Positions 37,486-49,420 of a stretch of DNA of 64,000 bases are shown one piece after another. Source of the stretch: Azolla caroliniana. Lineage: Eukaryota; Plantae; Polypodiophyta. The position numbers and the translations under genes were made by a program. Within the stretch, counting starts at the first letter, position 1. Each line of letters begins with the position of its first letter. Under the pieces are notes generated by a model, which saw only the letters and a list, made by a program, of their open reading frames with translations, had not been told where the DNA came from and searched no databases. The stretch is from NCBI GenBank assembly GCA_043228905.1, contig JBHGNT010000008.1, positions 7,254,001 through 7,318,000 of the forward strand, read 5' to 3'.

Positions 37486-40400
37486 AGTGGACAAAGTGAG
37501 AAACATAGAGCATGGTCGCGTAAGGATCTCGAAGTGGGCATGCATTTGAAGGTACTACATGGGGTACTCAATATCATTATTCAGATAAAGGCTCGGGGAG
37601 AAAAACACAAAACAAAAATGTGTGACGGGTCAAAGTGCCTTGAGCAAGGAGACGATCGGGACAAAGGTGGAACATGCATAAAGCCTAAACGGATATGCTC
37701 AAAAGAAGAACAAGGGACCATGACAACCGGTCATGGTAAAGTAAAGAATGAGTGAATGATATGGTGGATTGGGTGGCGACAATGGTTCGAGTGAAAGGAA
37801 TAGACATGCTTGAAATGGAGGAATTGTAATGATCATCGTAGCCGAAATCTCACACTCTCTCTTCTTGGCACGTACCAGAGGACGTGCGGTTTGGTGGGGG
37901 TGGATGTTGTGAAGATTTTCGGCAACGGTGTGAAAATCGTGTGGAACAAACAAAATTGAGAAAATGTAATGTGCACTCAAACATTTGTAAATAAAATAAG
38001 AGTAAAGCCTAATAACCTTTGATTCCATACAAAGGGGTGCAAGTAAGGCTTGAACCTTGCACCTCTAAGATAAGAGACAAATTAACTTACCACTAAAGCC
38101 ACTACTAAGTGCTTTAGCTTTTGTATATTTTCTTTCGTATTCAATATTATGTAGGACGCAAACATATAGAAACCGTTGTTGTGAAGAAAACCGTCCCTTA
38201 GCGTAATCGGCGCATAGCGCGCTTGAACCGGCTCTTCACGCGTGCGCGCCCTTTAATGTATATAATAGAGAATTAGGTACAAAGGTATATCCTAGGTAGT
38301 TAGATTCGGTAGGTAGGAAGTTAATGAGGGAAACGGCTCCCTTCTTGAAGCTATAAAAGAGAGGGAGACGCGGGGAGAAGGGGGATGATTATTATTGAGG
38401 AGGACGAAGTGTTGTCGGACCGTAACCGAACGCTTCTCCTCTATTTGTTCTCCATCGCTCTTCTCTGCAGGTTTTCGGGAGGCTCGCGCTGCTTCGAGGA
38501 ACGCCCGTGTGCTTCCGGCAGCACCTCCATCCTATCCCCTTTCGTGCGTAGATGAGCAGGCATCGGCATCTGTTCGCCGGCCTGTTCGGTTGTAACCGCT
38601 CGCGTGCTCTGTTGTTTATTTGTCATTCATAAATATACAAACATTCGTGTCTCTCTGTCTCTGTGTCCATTCGTGTCTTCTGCGTTGACAGGGCCGTGTC
38701 CCTGAGTTTCTTTGCTCATACGTAACCGAGCGTCTCTCTCTTTCTCTTTCCCCTTCTATCACCTGCTCTTTGGTTCAAGACCCCGATGGTCCCGCCTCAT
38801 TCTCCACGCACGTGCGTAGTAACGCGACATCTTTGGTGAACCCGACGTGAACAAGGCGGCAGAGGAGCAGAAGATGAGGGGGTCGGATTTTGCAGAGGCC
38901 ATCGCTTCGGCCGTGGACCAGATAGTGAGCGCGCGCGAGGGCACCGATGCCCTTGACAAGGCTATTGAGGCGATCGTCGGTACGATCGGCCGGTTCAGTG
39001 GAAAGGATGCCACGAGTTATTTGGCGTCCTACCGGGTGGAGATGTTGATGAGGGATATTCCGGAAGAGAGGTGTCTTGCCGGATTCCCTCGAGTGGCGAT
39101 GCCGGGCATCCATGCGGAGGTGCTCGAGGTCCGGGTGGAGAGCCGGACCTGGGAGGAGTTCGAAGTACGACTCCTGGAAAAATACGGGCTGGATGACGCG
39201 CTTCGGCTTTCGAAGCGGGGCTTCATGGAGTGGGTGGAGTCCCCCAACAAAGGAAGAAATGCGTCGGTACACATGTCCTACTGTTTGTCAAATCGGTTGT
39301 CGCATGGGATCGGGAGCAAGTGGGCTCCTTACTAGAAACCAAAGACGCGCTGACGGCCGATTGGGCCGCGGTAAAAAGAGTCTGCGGCCGTTTTGACAAA
39401 CGGTGGGAGTGGGCTGATACAGAGGTGGGTCCTGTCGCAGCAAGGAAACTCGAACCGATACCACAGGCGCAAAGGGAAGAGACCCGGGAGTGGCTCGAAA
39501 CCGGTTCGGCTTCGACCGGCGTGGTTAGAGGCTCGTCCGGGGGAACAGCTTTGGAGGAGTTGACACGGGCAGTAAAGGATCTCCAGATCGCCCAGGCTCG
39601 GAGGGAAGGCGGCGAACAGGCTCGTGACCGACGGCCTCCGGCCGGAAATAGGTGCATGTGGTGCGACGAGGTCGGCCACATCCGGAAAGACTGTGGGGAC
39701 TTTACGGAGGCTTTAAGAAGCCGGGTAGTGTACCTGTGGGAAGGTCGGGTGCACGCCAGCGATACCCGGAGGGCCCTGAACCGAAATGACGGGCGAGGAG
39801 GAATGAAAAGGCTGATGGAAGAGGCGGCGGCCCTGCACGCGGACACTATCCACTACTCGGCAGCAGCCGGTATTCGGGTTGGACGCAGCGAGGCCCGGAA
39901 GGAGAGCAAAGTCGGGTTCTGGCCGACAATGCTGGAAGGCCTCGCCGATGCCCGACTAAGGAAAGACGAGGCGGACCGCGCGGAGAAGCGGGTCCAGGAG
40001 GTAACCGGGTGGAGTGACCCGGTCGAAGAAAAGACGGGTTTCGTCGAAGCAGCTTGCCAGAACTACGAGGCTCTGGTTGAAGACAAACGGGTAGGTAAAA
40101 CCGGAGGGGCCGGACCCTCACAGAGATACGAAACCCGATTCGGGCCGAAACGGAACGAGGCCGGTGAGACCAGTGCCCGGGATAACCACAAGAAGGGCGG
40201 ATACCGGTTGGGCACGGAGATCGAAAGGACCACGGACCTACGAAAGGTCCTGGAAGAACGAATCCTCAACAGCAAGGTGAAACTGTCGTTGCGGGAGGTG
40301 CTCGGAATCGCCAAGAAGGAGTTCCACGACTCCATCGTAGACTTGGTGAAGAGGAAGAGGCTGTCGACGAAGACAGAACCGGAAAGGCCGGTGGAGGTGC

Positions 40401-40914
40401 GGACGACACACATAGAGGACATGGCGCTGGAAGATGAGTGGGCGGAGAGCCACTATTCGAGGCCACACTAGGCTCGAGCGACCACAGAAACCCCGGTGAA
40501 GATCGGAGATGTTCAGGAACCGGTGGTGGCGCTGGTGGACCACGGTTCGGAAATAAACCTGATGTCCATGGACTTCTACAAGAAGGGGAAATGGCCGATC
40601 AACACCAAGCACGGGTGGAAGATACGGGCGGCGACGCGCGCCACTGAGGAACTACACGGGGCCTGCCCAAACGTGCGAGTCAAGATCGGCGACGTCGAGA
40701 TAGACCAACACTTCTTTATGCAGGAGGCGTCCTCGCACCCGGTCATACTGGGAGAACCGTACATTACGGCAGCACGGATGGAGACCAAGGTGTTGGACAA
40801 CGGGTCGGCTTACGCGAGGGTCAAGAGTCAGGACGGGCGTCATTCGGTCTAGTTCCTGATGGTGCGACCGAACCACGAGCGAAACCGCGAGTCCCTCGGT
40901 GGCGAGAACCGAGA

Positions 40915-40980
40915 GGATTTTTAGAGAGGGCTGTCAAGGCGTGGGGCCGCGATAGTCCGGACACTCCGGGAAAACCCCAC
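40915..40980 (+). other. -1 ribosomal frameshift signal of E, after the protease
   Basis: G_GAT_TTT then TAG; stem GGGCTGTC/GATAGTCC; RT ORF in the -1 frame; same arrangement in D and F. Confidence 0.78.
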
Positions 40981-43673
40981 AAATGTACGATACAGGCGAA
41001 ACCGAAGAAACCTTGTACCATAAGTAGGAAGTTTTGTTTCTTCGACAACGGAGGGTGTACGATAGTTGGCGTCGTTGGCCGAGAAAAGACAAGGGCGGAA
41101 GAGCGACTTCGGGCGTGCGGAGTTCTCGGGCCTAGCGAGGAAATCAACGAAGCCGTGGAGGCGGTCTCCTTCAACGATACCTTGGGAATACTGCGAGAGG
41201 TGGTCGGAGAGGGCCTTAAAGAGGACCGGACGATACCAGTTTGTTCGGAAGAGATGTACGAAGTCATCGCGGACTTCAGTCGGGGGCTCGAGTTGGATCG
41301 GACGGCCCGGGTTAACACGAAGTACAAGACTGTGGACCGGAAGGTAAGGCCAATCGCGGCACCCTTACCGGAGTGCAGTGAGTTGCGAATCAAGGGGGTC
41401 GAGTCGGACCCCAGTTTACGAGATCCTGCCTGCATAGGACACACCTTCACTGACAGAACGCTACAGGAGCTCAAAATCGGTGGGTGCAGGTTCCTACTGC
41501 CGGCGGAAGAAGACCGGTTTCGGAGAATGCTCGGAAGGCACGGGAAAGCCTTCGCATTCTCACCGGAAGAGATCGGGTGCGTAGACCCGACAGTCGTGAA
41601 GCCGATGGTGATATTCACGGTACCGCATGTGCCGTGGAATCTCAAACCAATTCCGGTACCGAGAGCTCACATCCCGGAGCTGATGGAGCTATTGAGGCAG
41701 AAAGTCGATATGGGCATCCTCGAACCGTCCAGTGCCCCGTACTCGAACCGGTGGTTTACCGTACCGAAGAAGAACGGGACGTTGCGCTTCATTCAAGACC
41801 TGCAACCGGTCAACAGGGTGACCATTCGGAACGCAGGAATCGGACCAACGATAGATGAGTTCACGGAGGCCTTCGCCAGAAGGTCGATCTACTCGGTCAG
41901 TGATCTGTACTCGGGGTACGATCAGTTCCAACTAGCTGTGGAAAGCAGAGACATTACGACGATGCAGACTCCTCTTGGCCTAGTGCGGATGTGTACCCTG
42001 CCACAAGGAGGGACGAACTCGGTGGCCCACATGGTGAATGCGATGAACAAGGTGTTGAGGGATTGTATCCCGGACATCACCATGCCATTCTTGGACGACA
42101 TCCCGATCAAGGGATGTCCGGTGGAGGAAAGGGACGAAATGATCGGACAGGACGGATGCCGGAAATTCGTGGCGACACACATTGACGACTGCGAGAGGGT
42201 GCTGCAGAGGCTAGAGGACGCGAGGCTCACCTTCTCCGGGGAGAAATCGGCCTTCGGGCAATCAGAGATCATGGTCATCGGACATCTATGCGGATCGTAT
42301 GGCCGGAAACCGTCTCCGGCTAAGGTGGAAGCCATCTCCGCAATGAAGCCCGACTGTAACTCGGTCACGGAGGTACGGAGGTTCTTGGGAGCATGCGCGT
42401 TCTACCACATATGGATCCCACATTACGCCCACGTTGCCAAGCCGCTATACGGGTTGCTGAAAAAGGGGCGAAAATTCGAGTGGCGAGACGAGCATACGAA
42501 GTCGGTCCGAAAGATGAAGGAGGCTCTTGCTGCAGCTCCGACACTCCGGAAGGCTGTCTACGAGAAAGGCACTCCCATCTACATAACGGTAGATACAAGT
42601 CCGACCAGGATCGGATGGGTCGTCAACCAAGAAGATAAGGACGGCATTCGGTTCCCAATCCGGTTCGGCGCGAAGGTCCTCAGCGAGCGACAGCGAGGAT
42701 ACGCCCAGGTTAAACGCGAACTCTGGGGTATCGTTTCGGCGGTGAAGGCCGATAAAGACTATCTAATCAGGACACAGGTGATTATCAAGACGGACTGCCT
42801 GCCGATTCTCAGCATGGTTTCCGGATGCGCAACCCTAGACCTGGCAATGCTCAGGTGGATAGCGTACATCAAGTCCCTGGATCCGGAAATATGACACATT
42901 TTCGGGAGAGACAATGTCATGGCCGACATGCTTTCGAGGGCGCGATTCGACGACGAGGGCGGCATGGTTTCGGAGGACGAGGAAGTCAGCGTGGACTTCT
43001 TCGAGGCGGCTTACGTAACAACCGAGGGAGGGAGCACTCCGGCGCTTAACGATTTCAACGAGAGCAAGTACGACGGGAAGTGGCTGCAGATTGGGGGATT
43101 CTTGAGGATGATGACGCCGAACACGTCGTGGACAAAGAATGAGGCCAACCAGATCCGGAAGAAAGCATACTGATTCTTTCTCCGGGACGGATACTTGTGG
43201 AAGCACCCGAAGAAGAGAAACGACATCCCGCTCCGAGTAGTGGCGATGGAGGAGGAACAAGAGGAGTTGCTGAAGGCCTACCACGACAGCCCCTAGGCTG
43301 GACACCGTGGGACGTGGGCCACATTCGAGAAACTAAAGGGGAAGTACTGGTGGCCGGGACTGTACAGGGACGTGCATCGGTTCGTCACAACTTGTGAGAG
43401 CTGTCACTTACACTCCATAGTCCGACATCGGGACGAGCTTCACCCTACATAGCCTCCAGCCATCCACTTCAAATGGATGGTAGATTTGGTGACGATGCTG
43501 ATGGGCGTAGGGCAGATGCGATATCTGGTGCTGGCCCGGGAGGACCTGACGCACCAGGTGGAAGGCCGAGCCCTACAGAACAAAACGACTGCGGCCGTGT
43601 GTCGGTTCCTGATCGAGGACGTGATATGCCGGTATGGGTGCGTCGGGAAGATTGTGGCTGACCGCGAGGAGTT

Positions 43674-44315
43674 TCTTGGGAGACAGGTCCCTCCGGATGG
43701 GAAGGGAGAAGAACAGTGCCGACGAACAATCTCGGCCGAGGCCGAAACCGGAAGAGGAGTACCCGGCTACAGAGAGCCAAATGGTGCAAACCCGGTGTGA
43801 ACCGGATGAAGAGTACCCGGCTACGGAGAGCCGGATGGTACAGACCCGGTATGAACCGGATGAAGAGACATATTAGTAAATATGTTTCTGATAGTCCATT
43901 GCGGCTACATTTGTAAATAGCCGAAAAGTCATATTAGTATAAATATGACTTAGGGCAAACTTTTAGCTGTAGTTGTTGTCATTCTTGTTGGTACAAGAAT
44001 AGAGAGTGTGCGTAACTGTACAGAGAGAGAGAGAGAGAAAGAGGTCGTTGCCTCTGTTGTAACCGCCGCCTGTGCCGAAGATCTATGAGCACGAGGTCGG
44101 TGCCTCAGTGAACTCAGTGTTGTACATTCCATCATAGTGATAGTTTGCAGCCTGTGGGCTGCCGTGGTTTTTCCCCTAGTTTGGGGTTTTCCACGTAAAC
44201 CTCCTGTGTACCTTGTCTCTTCTTTGTGTCGCGTTTTATTTCCCGTTTTCTGTGTATCATTCTAAGCTCGGTTGTGGCCGAGCGTTGCGCATAAGGAACG
44301 TTGTAGTTCCCGTCA
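43674..44315 (+). mobile_element. Copia-type solo LTR in E integrase
   Basis: Perfect TSD GAGTT; TC(mutated TG)TTGGGAGACAGG...CGTCA; reverse-complement homolog of 34299-35002. Confidence 0.9.
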
Positions 44316-45919
44316 GAGTTGGATGCCGAAGAGGCCGAGGAGCTGTTCGACCGGTTAGGGGTCAAGCTCTCGCTCACCACAGCGTACAATCCGGAGGCGA
44401 ATAGGAAGGTGGAGCGTGGACACGGTCCGATCGTCAAAGCGCTAGTCCAGGCGTGCGGAGACCAGGTCGGGAACTGGCCACGACTGTTACCTTATGCCTT
44501 GTGGGCGGACAATGCACAGTTCGGTAACTGGGTTCATGCCGTCAGAGCTCATGTTCGGACAGAAGCCGATCATGTCGATGGAACGGACGATCTCCTCTTG
44601 GGCGACAGTGGACTGGAGAAACGAGATGAGCCGGGAAGAACTGCTAACGGCGCGTATACGACAGCTCGAGGGAAGGCCAGAGGACGAGGAACGAGCGGTG
44701 GAGAGACTTCAAACGGCGAGGATGAGGAACAAAGCCCGGTTCGACCGAACGCACCGGCTCCGACCAAAGAAAATCGAGGAAGGTGACTGGGTGCTAGTCT
44801 ACGACAGCAGCCTCGACAACCAGCACCGGGCAACACGGAAGTTTGCAAAGCGGTGGTTCGGGCCTTACGTGGTAACGAGCGCCAACGACAACTGGACGTA
44901 TCACCTAGCGGAACTCGACGGTACGAGGATGGCGATACCGGTAGCAGGGAAGCGGATCAAAGCGTTCAAGAAGCGCCACGACGGTGAACCGGATCTAAGA
45001 GGCCTAGACAACGACGACGAACAGTCTGAAACGGAGGATGAACCGATGGATGAGGAACCGGAACCCGGACCGGTTTTCTCCAACCAGAACCCAATTTGGC
45101 GCATACCGGTGGATGGGCGGTTAGGTAGGGGCGGATGTCGTGAAGAAAACCGTCCCTTAGCGTAATCGGCGCATAGCACGCGTGAACCGGCTCTTCACGC
45201 GTTGTCAAGGTATTCCTCGCAGATGCGTGGAATGAGGAGGGGCCTCGGGGGTCTTGTACCGAAGAGCAAGAGACAAAGGAGAAGGGAAGGGACCCACTAC
45301 GTGTGGGCGTAGATTCACAGGGACACGGCCCTTCGACACAAAGACGCGAGTGGGACACGACGCAGAGAGACACGAATGTATGTATCTATTAACAAGGACA
45401 AACAACAAGAAGCACGAAGTCGGTTACAACCGACCAGGCCATCGAACAGATGCCGATGCCTATTCGTAAACGCTCAGAAAGAAAGGAGTAGGTTGGAGGT
45501 GCTGCCGGAAGCACTCGGGCATTCCTCAGAGCAGCGCGAGCCTCCCGAAACCCTGCACAGAAAGAAGCTACGGAGTATGGAAGAGAGAGAAGCCTTCGAC
45601 CCACAACCCGACAACACTTCGTCCTCTCTAACCGCGATCCCCCTTTTCTCTCCTCCTCGTCTCCCTCCTTTTATAGGCAAGAAAGGAGCCGTTTCCCATT
45701 AACTTCCTACCTACCGAATCTACCTACCTAGGATCTTCTATGTACCTAATTCTCTCTTATGTACTACATAAGACGCACGTGCTTGAAGAGCCGGTTCCTA
45801 CGCTCCGGTGCACCGATTCCGCTTGTGGACGGTTTTCTTCACGACATCCGCCCCCACCTAACCGCGCATCCACCGGCATGCGCCAAATTGAGTTGGGACG
45901 AAGAAAACCGGTCCAGCCT

Positions 45920-48900
45920 TCATTCCCCGCCCGTCGGTTCTTCCTCGGTTTCGGATCGTTCGTCGTCGTGGTCCAGGTTAACCGGATCCGGCTCGTCGTC
46001 GTGACGCTTCTTGAACGATTTGATCCGCTTCCCAGCTACCGGTATCTCCATTCTCGTGCCGTCGAGCTCCGCTAGATGGTACGTCCCGTTGTCGTTGGCG
46101 CTTTGTACCACGTAAGGCCCGAACCACCTTCTTGCGAACTTCCGTGTCGCTCGGTGCTGGTTGTCGAGGCTGCTGTCGTAGACTAGCACCCAGTCGCCTT
46201 CCTCGATCTTCTTTGGTCGGAGCCGGTGCGTTCGGTCGAACCGGGCTTTGTTCCTCATCCTTGCCACCCGAAGCTTTCCCGCAGCTTGCTCCACGTCCTC
46301 CGGTCTTCGCTCGAGCTGTCGTATGCGCGCCGCCAACAGTTCCTCCCGGCTCATCTCGTCTTTCCAGTCCACGGTTGCCCATGAGGAGATCGTACGTTCC
46401 ATCGGCATGATCGGCTTCTGCCCAAACATGAGCTCTGCCGGCATGAATCCGGTTACCGAACCGTGCGTCGTTCGGTCCGCCCACAACGCGTAAGGCAACA
46501 GCCGCGGCCAGTTCCCGACTTGACCTCCGCATGCCCATACTAACGCCTTGACGATCGGTCCGTGTCCACACTCCATCTTCCCATTCGCCTCCGGATTGTA
46601 CGCAGTGGTAAGCGAGAGCTTGACTCCTAGCCGGTCGAACAGCTCCTCGGCCTCTTCGGCATCCAACTCCCCGCGATCAGCCACGATCTTCCCGACGCAC
46701 CCGTACCGGCATATCACGTCCTCGATCAGGAACCGACATACATCCGCGGTCGTTTTGTACTAAAGGGCTTGGTCTTCCACCTGGTTCGTCAGATCTTCCC
46801 GAGCCAGGACCAGATACCGCATCTGTCCTACTCCCATCGGCATCGTCACCAGATCTACCATCCATTTGAAGTGGATGGTCGGAGGGTACGTAGGGTGAAG
46901 CTCATCCCGATGTCGGACTATGGAGTGCATTTGACAGCTCTCACAAGTTGTCACGAACCGATGCACGTCCCGGTACAGTCCCGGCCACCAGTACTTCCCC
47001 TTTATCTTCTCGAACGTGGCCCACGTTCCACGGTGTCCAGCCCAAGGGCTGTCGTGGTAGGCCGTCAGTAGCTCCTCCTGTTCTCCCTTCATCGCCACCA
47101 CCCGGAGCGGGACGTCGTTCCTCTTCTTCGGGTGCTTCCATAAGTATCCGTCCCGGAGAAAGAATCGGTATGCTTTCTTACGGATCCGGTTGGCCTCGTC
47201 CCTCGTCCACGACGCGCCCGGCGTCATTGTCCTCAAGAAACCACCGATCTGGAGCCACTCGCCGTCGTACTTGCTCTCGTCGAAGCCGTTAAGCGCCGGA
47301 GTGCTCGTCCCATCGGTCGTCACGTACGCTGCCTCGAAGAAGTCCACGCCGACTTCTTCGTCCTCCGAAACCATGCCGCCCTCGTCATCAAACCTCGCCC
47401 TCGAAAGCATGTCGGCCATGGCGTTGTCCTTTCCGGAAATGTGTCGTATTTCCGGGTCCAGGGACTTGATGTATGCTATCCACCTGAGCATCGCCAGGTC
47501 CGGTGTCGCGCATCCGGAAACCATGCCGAGAATTGGGAGGCAATCCGTCTCGATAATCACTTCTGTCCCGATCAGGTAGTCTTTGTCGGCCTTTACTGCC
47601 GAAATGATACCCCAGAGTTCGCGTTTAACCTGGGCGTACCCTCGTTGTCGCTCACTGAGGACCTTCGCACTGAATCGGATCGGGAATCGAATGTCGTCCT
47701 CGTCTTCTTGGTTGACGACCCTTCCGATCCCGATCGGACTCGTATCCACCGTTATGTATACCGGGGTACCCTTCTCGTAGACAGTCTTCCGGAGCGCCGG
47801 TGCTGCCGCAAGAGCTTCCTTCAGCTTCCGGACCGACTCCGTGTGCTCGTCTCGCCACTCGAATTTTTGCCCCTTCTTCAACAACCCGTATAGCGGCTCC
47901 GCAACGTGGGCGTAATGCGGGATCCATATGTGGTAGAATGCGCACGCCCCCAGGAACCTCCGAACTTCCGTAACCGAGCTACAGTCGGTCTTCATCGTGG
48001 AGATGGCTTCTACTTTTGCCGGAGACGGCTTCCGGCCATATGGTCCGCATAGGTGTCCGACCACCAGGATTTCTGATTGCCCGAAGGCCGATTTCTCCCC
48101 GGAGAAGGTGAGCCTCGCAACCTCTAGCCTTTGTAGCACCTTCTCGCAGTCGTCGATGTGTGTTGCCACGAATCGCCGGCATCCATCCGGCCCGAGTGTC
48201 TCGTCCTTCTCTTCCACCGGGCACCCCTTGATTGGGATGTCGTCTAGAAATGGCATGGTGATGTCCGGGATGCAATCCCTCAATACCTTGTTCATTGCAT
48301 TCACCATGTGGGCCACCGAGTTGGTCCCTCCTTGTGGCAGGGTACACATTCGCACTAGGCCGAGGGGAGTTCGCATCGTCGTAATGTCTCTACTCTCCAC
48401 GGCTAGCTGGAACTGGTCGTACCCCGAGTACAGATCACCGACCAAGTAAATCGACCTTCCGGCGAAGGCCTCCGCTAACTCGTTTATGGTCGGTCTGATT
48501 CCTGCGTTCCAAATGGTCACTCTGTTGACCGGCTGCAGGTCTTGAATGAAGCGCAATGTTCCGTTTTTCTTTGGTACGGTAAACCATCGGTTTGAGTATG
48601 GGGCACTCGACGGTTCGAGAATGCCCATATCGACTTTCTGCCTCAATAGCTCCATCAACTTCGGGATGTGAGCTCTCGGTACTGGAATCGGCTTGAGATT
48701 CCACGGCACATGCGGTACCGTGAATATCAGCATCGGCTCCACGATTGTCGGGTCTACGCACTCGATCTCTTCCGGTGAGAATGCGAAGGCTTTCCTGTGC
48801 CTTCCGAGCATCCTCCGAAACCGGTCTTCCTCCGCCGGTAGTAGGAACCCGCCCCCACCGATTTTGAGCTCCCGGAGCGTCCCGTCGGTGAAGGTGTGTC

Positions 48901-49420
48901 CTATGCAGACCGGATCTCGTAAACTGGGGTCCGACGCAACCCCTCTGATTCGGGACTCGCTGCCCTCCGGTAAGGGTGCCGCGATTGGCCTTACCTTCTG
49001 GTCCACCGTCTTGTACTTCGTGCTAACCCGGGCCGTCCGATCCGACCCGAGCCCCTGACTGAAGTTCGCGATGACTTCGTACATCTCTTCGGAACATACC
49101 GGTATCGTCCGATCTTCGTTAAGGTCTTCCCCGGCTACCTCCCTCAGCATTCCCAAGGTGTCGTCGAAGGAGACCGCCTCCACGGCTCCGCTGATTTCCT
49201 CGTCCGAGCCGAGAACTCCGCACGCTCGAAGTCGCTCCTCCGCCCTTGGCTTTTCTCGGCCAACGATGCCGACTATCATACACCCTCCGTCGTTGGAGAA
49301 GAAAATTTTTCTACCTATCGTACAAGGTTTCTTCGGTTTCGGTTCTATCGTACAGCTGTTGGGTCTTTCCCGAGTGTCCGGACTGTCTCGGCCCCACGCC
49401 TTGGCAGCCCTCTCTAAAAA
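45920..49420 (-). pseudogene. F RT-RNaseH-integrase, one in-frame stop at 46760
   Basis: 839-aa plus 265-aa ORFs in the same frame; FLDD, H-x6-H..CESC zinc finger, GPY motif. Confidence 0.92.

Larger units (their letters stand above)
38874..45135 (+). pseudogene. E gag-protease (38874-40924) and RT-RH-IN (40918-45135), disrupted
   Basis: CMWCDEVGHIRKDC, VDHGSE, RT FLDD, integrase; stops, deletions and a solo-LTR insertion. Confidence 0.92.
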
